From the NCBI RefSeq assembly GCF_001194135.2, contig NC_068999.1, positions 27,873,813 through 27,937,812 on the forward strand: a stretch of DNA of 64,000 nucleotides, read 5' to 3'. The notes below the pieces were generated by a model that saw only the letters and a program-made list of their open reading frames with translations, had not been told where the DNA came from and did no database searches. Numbering within the stretch: the stretch's first letter is position 1; the number at the start of each line of letters is the position of its first letter. This stretch comes from Octopus bimaculoides (taxonomy: Eukaryota). Both the position numbers and the translations under genes were made by a program. Positions 51,450 to 62,879 of the stretch are shown one piece after another.

Positions 51450-51971
51450 TTTGCCATTACTATCATTACATTCAAGAATGACTAAATTATCTATTTAAAT
51501 GAACTGTAGTCCCTAGGGAATTGGAATTTTAATAATGGATTTACAAATGCAATGACCAATCTTAAAGACTATTGGATTTTACTCACAAGGTATTGGAATC
51601 TTATATGTATACCATTCTGCCTAAACAATGGATTTACAAATACAATATCCCTACATTCACTCTCTATTTCCTATCTTATGTAAACTAACTATTGCTTAAC
51701 CATCCTCTCATACCATCTCCGATGAAGGGATATAATAAATATCCTGGAAACAGCTGTAAGACATTCAATTTATAAATGTTCTATATTATACACAGCCTTG
51801 GTTCTTTATCTCATTACAAAATCCTTATATTCACATGCTGAATATGACCTACGTTGGACCCCTTATTCGCATAATCACCGAACCTAGAGCTTAACTATGG
51901 TCTATCCACAGCACTTACTCAGCATTACCTGAAACCTCTGGGTCTGATTGACACCACTTTCGCTCACAACC
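51450..51971 (+). mobile_element. Penelope-like pseudo-LTR copy ending at (TA)n
   Basis: Shares the HHR, CAGCACTTACTC(A/G)G(C/T)ATTACCTG (51909 vs 20997) and terminal CAACCT+(TA)n with 20361-21061. 5' boundary approximate. Confidence 0.6.
51715..51762 (+). ncRNA. Minimal type-I hammerhead ribozyme motif, same family as 20811-20859
   Basis: TCT-CCGATGA-A-GGGATAT aataa ATATCCT-G-GAAA-C AGCT G-TA-AGA. Shares GAAACAGCTGTAAGAC with the first copy; helix II has a different sequence but still pairs. Confidence 0.72.
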
Positions 51972-52053
51972 TATATATATANNNNNNNNNNNNNNNNNNN
52001 NNNNNNNNNNNNNNNNNNNNNNNNNNNNNNNNNNNNNNNNNNNNNNNNNNNNN

Positions 52054-52091
<38 letters not shown>

Positions 52092-52483
52092 AGAGAGAGT
52101 GTTAAATTTGTCTTTAGACCAGTCTTATGACCAGAACTTAGGCTTTGAGGAGGGAACTTGTGTCAGATGATGAAAGGTTAAAGCATGACTGTTACTTCAT
52201 GGCATCATGTAGCGAGGCATCAAACACTACCTACTTGTGTCTTCTTGGCAATATCTGACCGTGTATATTATGACCTCTATACCTCACTTCCTTACTCTAC
52301 CATCCCATCTATGCTCTGATCCTTGTTACTTGTGAGTATACCCTGGCACTTCACCTTATCTCTCCTACTCTCTCTTGCATTTTTGCTGTTTCCTACTCTC
52401 TCTCTTTCTCTTGCTCTTCTCTCTGGCTGGGTAGCCATGTATCTCCTCTACAGCAGCACACGTGTTTCTGCCCTCATACTTGA

Positions 52484-52536
<53 letters not shown>

Positions 52537-53159
52537 TTTCCTTCTGACTAAATAACCAAATATCTCCTTTGCATCAGCACATCTGTTTCTGTCCTCTCTC
52601 TCTCTTGTACATCTCTCTCTTGTACATCTCTCTCTTCTTCCCCCTCTTTTTCCCTCTCTCTCACTCTCTCACGCACCATGCACCTCTTGTTTCTGCCTCT
52701 ATGTTTCTCTGTCATGCTTTAACCTTTCATCATTTGACATCAGATCACCTCCTCCAATGCCTTCTCCATTATAACAAGACACCTGTTCTGCCTCTCTGTC
52801 ATAGTCTAACCTTTCATCATCTGACACAAATTCCCTCCTCAAAATTCCTTGTCTTGTGAGTTACTTGGTGACACTGCCAATGCTGGTACCATATAAAAAA
52901 AGCATCCTGTCCATACTTTATAGTAGTTGGCATTTGGAAGGGCATCCAGCTGTAAAAATTTGTCTGTGCTAGTGCCACATAAAAAGCACCGAGTTCATTC
53001 CGCAGAGTGGTTGGTGTTAGAAGGGCATCCAGCCGTAAAAAACCTGCCAAAACAGACACAGAAGTCTGAGGTAGTTTTTTACCTGGCCAGCTCCTATCAA
53101 CTGTCCTACCCATGTATGCATGGAAGATGGATGTTAAATGATGATGATGATAATGATTG

Positions 53160-53760
53160 GGGCAAGCTAGAGGTAGTAGATAACTTCCGTTATCTAGGTG
53201 ACCAAGTTAGAGTGGAGGTGGATGCTTCGAGAGCATAGTTGTGAGAATAAGATTAGGCTAGGCAAATTTCTGAGAGCTCCTACCCCTGCTCGCAACAAAG
53301 GGCCTCACTCTCAGAGTGAAAGGCAGATTGTTTGATGCCTGAGTGCGAACAGCCATGCTGCATGGCAGTGAAACATGGGCTATGACAGCCAAGGACATGT
53401 GTAGGCTTGAAAGAAATGAAGCCAGTATGCTTCGCTGGATGTGCAATGTCAGTGTGCATGTTCAACAGAGTGAAAGCATCTTGAGTGAAAAGTTAGGCTT
53501 AGGAGGAATCAGATGTGGTGTGCAAGAGAGATAACAGTGCTAGTACAGTCATGTGATGTGTATGGATGAGGACAACTGTGTAAAGAAGTGTCAATCTCTA
53601 ACTGTGGAGGGAACCTGTGGTAGCAGTTGACCCAGGAAGACATGAGACAAAGTGGTGAAGCATGCTCTTCAAACTTTGAGCCTCACAAAGGCAATGACTT
53701 GTGACCAAGACCTTTGGTGATGTGCTGTGCTTGAGAGGACCCATCAAGCTAAGTGCACCC
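53160..53760 (+). mobile_element. RTE LINE 3' fragment
   Basis: KLEVVDNFRYLGDQ, MLHGSETWAM. Confidence 0.8.
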
Positions 53761-54041
53761 ATGCTGGTGGCACATAAAGAAAATCATTTGAACGTTGGTC
53801 CTGACGGAGGCAAAGTGGCTAAGTTCCTTTCAAATGTTGGGCCTCACAAAGACAAGGTGGCTGAGTTCCTTTCGAGTGTTAGGCCTCATGGAAGCAATAA
53901 CCCTAACTCTAGTTTGTGGAAATGCATGTAGCGAGGCATCAAACTATTTATAAATTTCATCCAAGCATTATTATTATTATTTTATTTGTCTGCAGCTTGG
54001 TGTGACCCCAAAAAACTGGCATAATGGAAGAGGAGCTTTTA

Positions 54042-54940
54042 NNNNNNNNNNNNNNNNNNNNNNNNNNNNNNNNNNNNNNNNNNNNNNNNNNNNNNNNNNN
54101 NNNNNNNNNNNNNNNNNNNNNNNNNNNNNNNNNNNNNNNNNNNNNNNNNNNNNNNNNNNNNNNNNNNNNNNNNNNNNNNNNNNNNNNNNNNNNNNNNNNN
54201 NNNNNNNNNNNNNNNNNNNNNNNNNNNNNNNNNNNNNNNNNNNNNNNNNNNNNNNNNNNNNNNNNNNNNNNNNNNNNNNNNNNNNNNNNNNNNNNNNNNN
54301 NNNNNNNNNNNNNNNNNNNNNNNNNNNNNNNNNNNNNNNNNNNNNNNNNNNNNNNNNNNNNNNNNNNNNNNNNNNNNNNNNNNNNNNNNNNNNNNNNNNN
54401 NNNNNNNNNNNNNNNNNNNNNNNNNNNNNNNNNNNNNNNNNNNNNNNNNNNNNNNNNNNNNNNNNNNNNNNNNNNNNNNNNNNNNNNNNNNNNNNNNNNN
54501 NNNNNNNNNNNNNNNNNNNNNNNNNNNNNNNNNNNNNNNNNNNNNNNNNNNNNNNNNNNNNNNNNNNNNNNNNNNNNNNNNNNNNNNNNNNNNNNNNNNN
54601 NNNNNNNNNNNNNNNNNNNNNNNNNNNNNNNNNNNNNNNNNNNNNNNNNNNNNNNNNNNNNNNNNNNNNNNNNNNNNNNNNNNNNNNNNNNNNNNNNNNN
54701 NNNNNNNNNNNNNNNNNNNNNNNNNNNNNNNNNNNNNNNNNNNNNNNNNNNNNNNNNNNNNNNNNNNNNNNNNNNNNNNNNNNNNNNNNNNNNNNNNNNN
54801 NNNNNNNNNNNNNNNNNNNNNNNNNNNNNNNNNNNNNNNNNNNNNNNNNNNNNNNNNNNNNNNNNNNNNNNNNNNNNNNNNNNNNNNNNNNNNNNNNNNN
54901 NNNNNNNNNNNNNNNNNNNNNNNNNNNNNNNNNNNNNNNN
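54042..54940. other. Assembly gap (others: 4500-4509, 6429-6528, 13233-13724, 22200-22328, 35281-35290, 51982-52053, 55991-56840, 58140-58700)
   Basis: Runs of N. Confidence 1.
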
Positions 54941-54941
54941 N

Positions 54942-54974
<33 letters not shown>

Positions 54975-55209
54975 TATATAGATATATAGATATATATATA
55001 GATATATATACATATATATATATAGATATATATATATATATAGAGAGAGAGAGATTTATGTATCTATATTTAAATACAATCAGCACTAAGGGTGCTGAGG
55101 CACCTATATTGCTAGAAATAAGAGTTAAAATACTCAATACTGTAAGTACACAAATATATACATATACTGACAGGGAAGGTAACTGGCTCATGATCATCTC
55201 AAGGATCCA

Positions 55210-55256
55210 ACCAGACTAAGCCTAGTTTTTCCTATACCGTTGGCATCATCAGTGAT
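55210..55256 (-). ncRNA. Degenerate minimal hammerhead motif in a ~245-bp microsatellite-flanked element (55055-55299)
   Basis: Minus strand ATCA-CTGATGA-TGCC...GG-AAAAA-CTAGGCTTAGTC-TGGT. Near-palindromic helix III and a GUC site, but G12 of GAAA is lost. Confidence 0.45.
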
Positions 55257-56840
55257 GACTGCTTGAACAGCTCATGGTCGGCTAATTCCATCTGCCAGGA
55301 TATATATATATGTAAGAACGATCGTGCAAACTCAAAAAGGAGAAATGGTGACGAATGGAAAAAACAGAGGACTCCTTTTATTTAAACGTGTCACACGGTC
55401 GAACACAAAAATATATCACATGATGATATAAGAATATGTTATACTACGATAACATAGATGACCAGTAATGAAAGACCACAACCGTATAAGATGAATAACA
55501 GAGATATTTATTGTAGCGTTAAAGTGTATGTCTGTGTGAGAGTGTGAATGCGACATATAATAACATAATCAAAGACAGGCCGTCGTACAAAGAAAAGTAT
55601 GTATGTGAGTGATACACGTGTGTGTATGTGAGATATTACAGCAGATAGAAAGAGAGTCAATAACACGTGAGCATTTATACCAGTTCTTGTGTACACAATA
55701 GTATGAGTCTGTATGTGAAAGTAGTTGAGGCTGTGTGTGGCAGAGCGATCACTAGTTGTGATGTTGTGGCTTCCATGCCGGGCCGTGATTCTTGTTATAC
55801 AGATGTTCGTCGCTGGCTGAAATTTCTTGTCTGTTTATTTATCGTGGTGAAGCTGAGTCACCTAACAAAATCGAAGAGAGAGATGTGCCACGGTGGTTTG
55901 GTTTGGTGTACATAGAAAGTCGTGTAGACGCTGGTGGAGATTGATGCTGGTTAGTAGTAATTGTAGAATCGTGTTGGTCATGACGATGATNNNNNNNNNN
56001 NNNNNNNNNNNNNNNNNNNNNNNNNNNNNNNNNNNNNNNNNNNNNNNNNNNNNNNNNNNNNNNNNNNNNNNNNNNNNNNNNNNNNNNNNNNNNNNNNNNN
56101 NNNNNNNNNNNNNNNNNNNNNNNNNNNNNNNNNNNNNNNNNNNNNNNNNNNNNNNNNNNNNNNNNNNNNNNNNNNNNNNNNNNNNNNNNNNNNNNNNNNN
56201 NNNNNNNNNNNNNNNNNNNNNNNNNNNNNNNNNNNNNNNNNNNNNNNNNNNNNNNNNNNNNNNNNNNNNNNNNNNNNNNNNNNNNNNNNNNNNNNNNNNN
56301 NNNNNNNNNNNNNNNNNNNNNNNNNNNNNNNNNNNNNNNNNNNNNNNNNNNNNNNNNNNNNNNNNNNNNNNNNNNNNNNNNNNNNNNNNNNNNNNNNNNN
56401 NNNNNNNNNNNNNNNNNNNNNNNNNNNNNNNNNNNNNNNNNNNNNNNNNNNNNNNNNNNNNNNNNNNNNNNNNNNNNNNNNNNNNNNNNNNNNNNNNNNN
56501 NNNNNNNNNNNNNNNNNNNNNNNNNNNNNNNNNNNNNNNNNNNNNNNNNNNNNNNNNNNNNNNNNNNNNNNNNNNNNNNNNNNNNNNNNNNNNNNNNNNN
56601 NNNNNNNNNNNNNNNNNNNNNNNNNNNNNNNNNNNNNNNNNNNNNNNNNNNNNNNNNNNNNNNNNNNNNNNNNNNNNNNNNNNNNNNNNNNNNNNNNNNN
56701 NNNNNNNNNNNNNNNNNNNNNNNNNNNNNNNNNNNNNNNNNNNNNNNNNNNNNNNNNNNNNNNNNNNNNNNNNNNNNNNNNNNNNNNNNNNNNNNNNNNN
56801 NNNNNNNNNNNNNNNNNNNNNNNNNNNNNNNNNNNNNNNN

Positions 56841-57210
56841 GTCGCTTACGACGTTGAGGGTTTGAGTTGATCCGATCAACGGAACAGCCTGCTCGTGAAA
56901 TTAGCATGCAAGTGGCTGAGCACTCCACAGACACATGTACCCTTATCGTAGTTCTAGGGGATATTCAGCGTGACACAATGTGACAAGGCTGGCCCTTTGA
57001 AATACAAGTACAACAGAAACAGGAAGTAAGAGTGAGAGAAAGTTGTGGTGGAAGAGTACTGCAGGGTTCGCCACCATCCCCTGCCGGAGCCTCGTGTAGC
57101 TTTAGGTGTTTTTGCTCAATAAACACTCACAACACCCGGTCTGGGAATCGAAACTGCGACCTTATGACCGTGAGTCCGCTGCCCTAACCGCTGGGCCATT
57201 GCGCCTCCAC
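56841..57210 (-). mobile_element. Young tRNA-derived SINE of a second family
   Basis: Minus-strand head TGGCCCAGCGGTTAGGGC..GTTTCGATTCCC (A and B boxes); CpGs retained. Confidence 0.75.
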
Positions 57211-58794
57211 GCCAGCACACATATATTTACCATAGATATATCTACCACATTACAACATTGTGAAAAAACAAAAGCTTGTCTATTATGGTCATATAATACA
57301 AGAAGCAGAGTTCTGGAAAACATTATCATGGGAGGAAGAGTAGAGAGTAGTAGATCAAAAGGCTGACAAAGAACGCAATGGATAGACGCAAGAAATGTAT
57401 TAGGGATGGCCAATCACCTGCAACCTCTTTCCTATAAATTTGACACCACGTGTCTACAATACACAAATGCTTACTCTTGAATAAAAAAGATGACAGAAAG
57501 ACTTTCCTTGTAAGGTCATCAATGCACTTCAGGTGTGCGATGAGCTGTCTTTCATATGTTCCTCCATCATTGTTCTCTTCCTCATTCTCTCTTCTTTCAG
57601 ACCCATTTTTCGAAAAATACAATGAGTCAGAGGATTGAAGGTTTCAAGAAGTGACTTTCTGGACAGTTTGAGTAATAGTATTGATAGAAGTAGCAGTAAT
57701 AGTAATAGCAGAAGTTGTTATTGTTATAATAGTGGTGGTATTAGTAGCAGCAATGGCAAAAATGGTAGTGAAATAGTGTATTTATATATATATATATATC
57801 ATTATAAATATACAGGGATTAGCAATTGAGTTGCTTCTCCAACATACTGAAAATTTAGAAATAGCAGTCAAAGAACTACTGATTCCAAACTACAAATTTT
57901 TCTCTAAAGTGGATGGCGATATTTATGGCACACATAGAACAAAAAACCGGAGGGAAAAGCGTAAACAAACCAAGCCTTTAGTTAATTGGATACGAATCGT
58001 TTCATGGTTAAGTGAATGGAAATTTCACTATTCCAATCTTCAGCCCAAATATTCTGATAAATTTGAAAGTGTCTCTAAAAAAATTCACGGTAATCTTTGG
58101 CCATGCGACACCAGACACTTTCAAATTTATCAGAATATTNNNNNNNNNNNNNNNNNNNNNNNNNNNNNNNNNNNNNNNNNNNNNNNNNNNNNNNNNNNNN
58201 NNNNNNNNNNNNNNNNNNNNNNNNNNNNNNNNNNNNNNNNNNNNNNNNNNNNNNNNNNNNNNNNNNNNNNNNNNNNNNNNNNNNNNNNNNNNNNNNNNNN
58301 NNNNNNNNNNNNNNNNNNNNNNNNNNNNNNNNNNNNNNNNNNNNNNNNNNNNNNNNNNNNNNNNNNNNNNNNNNNNNNNNNNNNNNNNNNNNNNNNNNNN
58401 NNNNNNNNNNNNNNNNNNNNNNNNNNNNNNNNNNNNNNNNNNNNNNNNNNNNNNNNNNNNNNNNNNNNNNNNNNNNNNNNNNNNNNNNNNNNNNNNNNNN
58501 NNNNNNNNNNNNNNNNNNNNNNNNNNNNNNNNNNNNNNNNNNNNNNNNNNNNNNNNNNNNNNNNNNNNNNNNNNNNNNNNNNNNNNNNNNNNNNNNNNNN
58601 NNNNNNNNNNNNNNNNNNNNNNNNNNNNNNNNNNNNNNNNNNNNNNNNNNNNNNNNNNNNNNNNNNNNNNNNNNNNNNNNNNNNNNNNNNNNNNNNNNNN
58701 NATATATACACACACACACACACACACATACACACACACACACACACACTAATAATATTATTATGATATTGACTAAAATAGAGATGCCAAAGAC

Positions 58795-59035
58795 AATATT
58801 TCTTTATTGCCCACAAGGGGCTAAACATAGACGGGACAAACAAGGACTAACAAAGGGATTAAGTTGATTATGACGACCCCAGTGTGTAACTGGTACTTAT
58901 TTAATCGACCCCGAAAGGATGAAAGGCAAAAGTCAACCTCGACAGAATTTGAACTCAGACCGTAACAGCAGCCGAAATACCACTAAGCATTTCGCCTGGT
59001 GTGCTAACGATTCTGCCAGCTTGCTGCTCTTTGGC
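58795..59035 (-). mobile_element. SINE of a third family; a truncated copy lies at 20228-20360
   Basis: Shared ACTGGTACTTA(A/T)TT(T/A)AT(T/C)GACCC(T/C)GAAAGGA..AAAGGCAAA. Confidence 0.7.
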
Positions 59036-59367
59036 AAAGGCAATATCAATAACATTCATAAAATGTTTAAGATGCTAACAGTAAAGAATGAGAGAGGGGG
59101 AAGGAGTGATAAAAAAGGAATAGGGGAAAATGGAGGACTACTGAAGGGGAGTGCTATCAGGGGTTAGGTGGGAATGGCGGTGGAGGGCATAACTAACAGT
59201 ACAATAACATGTAGATAAATATCATCGATAACTGACCAGCTGTGAGCACCCAACCAGAACAATTGACCTATGCCAATCAAAAGCAACAGAAACATCCCAA
59301 TATTGTAATATTCAATTTTTTCAGTTGTCAGTGAACAAGTTGCAGTTTTAAATGTAAATTTAGATGT

Positions 59368-61610
59368 CAGCTGTAGCCTGGTCACCCGTATAGTTAACCA
59401 GGTGATACACAAAGGAGTCATACTTAATGACTGGTATAGCAGCACCATAGTCAACTGCTACAAAGGTAATGGTGACACTTTAGATACAAATAATTACAGA
59501 GTTATCAAGTTGTTGTATCAGGTAATGAAGGTCATAGAGAGGGTCATAGCCCAACTAATTAGGGAGAGAGTCAGTATAGATAAGATGCAGTTTGGGTTTG
59601 TGCCAGGGAAAAGCACAGCACCACTGATGCTATATTTCTGGTCAGACAGCTTCAGGAGAAATACCTAGCCAAAGGTAAACCTCTGTACCTGGCTTTCATT
59701 GACATGGAGAAAGCCTTTGACAGGGTCCACCAATCCCTTATCTGGTGGTCAATGAGAAAACTAGGGATAGATGAGTGGTTAGTGAGAGCTGTACAAGCCA
59801 TGTACAGGGATGCTATCAGTAAGGTGAAGGTTGGCAATGAGTACAGTGAAGAATTCCAGGTAGGGGTAAGGGTCCACCAAGGATCAGTCCTCAGCTCCCT
59901 TCTTATTCATCATAGTCCTCCAGGCAGTAACAAAGGAATTCAAGATAGGATGCCCCTGGCAGTAACAAAGGAATTCAAAACAGGATGCTGATGACCTTGC
60001 TCTAATAGCTAAGTCACTATCAGAACTAGAAGAGAAGTTTCAGGTGTGGTAGCAAGGATTAGAATCGAAAGGCCTTAGCATCAACCTAGCTAAAACTAAA
60101 GTCCTAATAAGTAGGAAGGTAGACAAACCACAAACCCCTTTAGGTAGATAGCTCTGCACGATCTGTAGAAAAGGAGTAGGTAGAAACTCTATAAGATGTA
60201 CCCAGTGTAAGCTATGGACACATAAGAGGTGCAGCAATATCAAAGGGAGGCTAACTAAGAAGATAGTTTTTGTATTTGGCAGATGCTCAGGAATAATAAA
60301 CACTGAAAATGTGCAGAAAACAACTTCCGCCACATTCCAGGGAGAAAAACTAGAAGTAGTTGATAGCTTCTGTTACCTAGGTGACCAAGTCAGTAGCGGG
60401 GGAGGGTGCGCTGAAAGTGTAGCTGCTAGAATAAGAATAACCTGGGCAAAGTTCAGAGAACTCTTACTTTTGCTGGTAACAAAGGGCTTCTCGCTCAGAG
60501 TAAAAGGTAGACTGTATGCTGCATGTGTATGAACAGCCATGCTACATGGCAGTGAAACATGGGCCGTGACTGCTGAGGACATGCGTAAGCTCGCAAGGAA
60601 TGAAGCCAGTATGTTCCGATGGATGTGTAATGTCAGTGTGCATACTCAACAGAGTGTAAGTACCTTGAGAGAAAAGTTGGACCTAAGAAGCATCAGTTGT
60701 GGTGTGCAAGAGAGACGATTGCGCTGGTATGGTCATGTGGCGAGAATGGATGAGGATAGCTGTGTGAAAAAGTGCCACACCTTAGCGGTTGAGGGAACCT
60801 GTGGAGGAGGTAGACCCAGGAAGATGTAGGTGAAGCACGACCTTCGAACCTTAGGCCTCACTGACACAATGACTAGTGACTGAGACCTTTGGAAATATGC
60901 TGTGCATGAGAAGACCCAGTAAGAAAAGTGAGACCATAACACGTGACCTTTACCAGGGGTGTAGCCAGCCCACTTATGCGTACCTTTCTTTCTTTGGACA
61001 CAAAACTCTGCTTGACCTGTTGAGGCATGTGAAATCAAAATCAAACTAAATTCGACGACTGGCACACATGCCAACCTTCCTTCATTGGACACTAAACTCT
61101 GCTTGTGAAGACCTGTTGGGGCAAGTGAAATCAAAATTGAACCAAATTCGACAACTGGCACCTGTGCCAGTGGAGCACTAACAGCTCCATCCGAGCGGGA
61201 TCACTGCCAGAGCAGCTGTCTGGCTTCCATGCCAGTGGCTCGTAAAAAGTACCATTTGAGCTTGATCGTTACCAGCGTCGCCTTACTGGCACATGAACAA
61301 AACATTCAAGCAAGGTCATTGCGGGTGCCGCTGGACTGACTCCTGTGCAGGTGGCACGTAAAAAACACCATTTGAGCGTGGCCATTGCCAGTACCATTAG
61401 ACTGGCCCTCGTGCCGGTGGCACGTAAAAGCACCCACTACACTCTCGGAGTGGTTGACGTTAGGAAGGGCATCCAGCTGTAGAAACTCTGCCAGATCAGA
61501 TTGGAGCCTGGTGCAGCCATCTGGTTCGCAAGTCCTCAGTCAAACCGTCCAACCCATGCTAGCATGGAAAGCAGACGTTAAACGATGATGATGATGAGGA
61601 GGAGGATGAT
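59368..61610 (+). mobile_element. 5'-truncated RTE-clade LINE (RT and repetitive 3'UTR)
   Basis: Same family as 32774-35035 (MEKAFDRV, MLHGSETWAV, RRLRWYGHV); ends AAACGATGATGATG. Confidence 0.9.
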
Positions 61611-61962
61611 TACAAATAAATGTTTAAGTTAAATTGATGGTCTTTGTGTGTTTCTGAATGGCTAACTTATGTCTTCCATGCTGCAATCATTTTAGTTTCA
61701 GCAGACAATCTCAGACCAAAATACTTGCTGCACTTATGTGTATATACATATATATATATTATTCAAAAGAATTCCAACTCTGTCTGTTTTTTATGTTTTA
61801 TTTATATTCTTATAATATTAAAGTAGGATATAGAATATATAGTACATATAGTAAAATGGAATGAAGTATTGATTGTCTTATTGAATAAATGAAATATTAA
61901 ATATTAAAGGATTAGTATACTTTCATGCATTTTAGCAGTCTTCAAGGTCCCATGTTGTGACA

Positions 61963-61986
61963 TACATACATACATACATACATACA

Positions 61987-62015
<29 letters not shown>
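61963..62015. repeat. (TACA)n microsatellite; many (TA)n, (CA)n and (GA)n tracts occur throughout, often bordering gaps
   Basis: Read directly. Confidence 0.95.
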
Positions 62016-62017
<2 letters not shown>

Positions 62018-62879
62018 GTCAGGTCGCTCTTGAGTACTACTGGTACCATGTAGTCCAGTACAACTTGTTCCATGGTCGGGTTGTCGGCAACTAAAATGGC
62101 AACTCCACCAGGCTTGTTTGGTGAGGTGGGTGCTTGTTGAACACCCTGCAGGACAGAAAATAAGACCCGTCAAAGGGTGGAGGAAATACAAGGTAGTCAA
62201 TGGCCATTCAACTACGTGTGTTTGTGGAGTGTTTATGTGTGTGTATTGTAAATACTGTATTTCAGCATGTGTGTGTACATATTGTATATTGTGTTTTTAA
62301 ATTGTATATATTGTATGTCAATCTTATTTTTAATTTTACTCAGTTTTTATCTCAATTTTTAATTTGTATTTATTTCTCTTATTTTAGTCTTTTTCTTATA
62401 TAATAAATAGATGATGGGTGGATAGAGCCCCTCTGTTTACCCAACCCATGGCAAAGGCAGTCTATCTAAGAGAAAGTAACTCTGAATTTAAATACTTCAC
62501 TGCTGTCTTGTAGTTAGCCTTTGGTTGTGCAAAGACTGGGAGAAGGACACTCTGATATAAAACCTGCGACTGCAACTGCACCCAATGATGTCGACTTGCT
62601 CTTCTTTTTGGATCATGCTTTGTAGTTTAGAGAGTGGGAATGGTTGCTGTGCAAAACTTTTCTTCACTTTAAAAAGTGTCAATCACAAGTATTGCTGGAG
62701 AGGAAAAAGAAATGGATATTTTGTATGTACATGGCTGGCCGAAGCTTAAAAAGGCACATCTAAACAATGAAAGTTCATATTGATAATGAAGTAAATGGCA
62801 AAAAGGGCTCTGGAACATTTTGTTCTGTGGTCTGGCCTGGTAGGTGTCCCAGGGTACCACAGCTTTGATCCGGTCATCA

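Noticed and set aside
57134-57210. tRNA gene
   Set aside because: A/B boxes are the head of a SINE; no full cloverleaf.
57602-57638. Possible next exon after TTCTTTCAG (HPFFEKYNESED*)
   Set aside because: Gives an immediate stop after TM4 with a non-hydrophobic sequence; no support as the true continuation.
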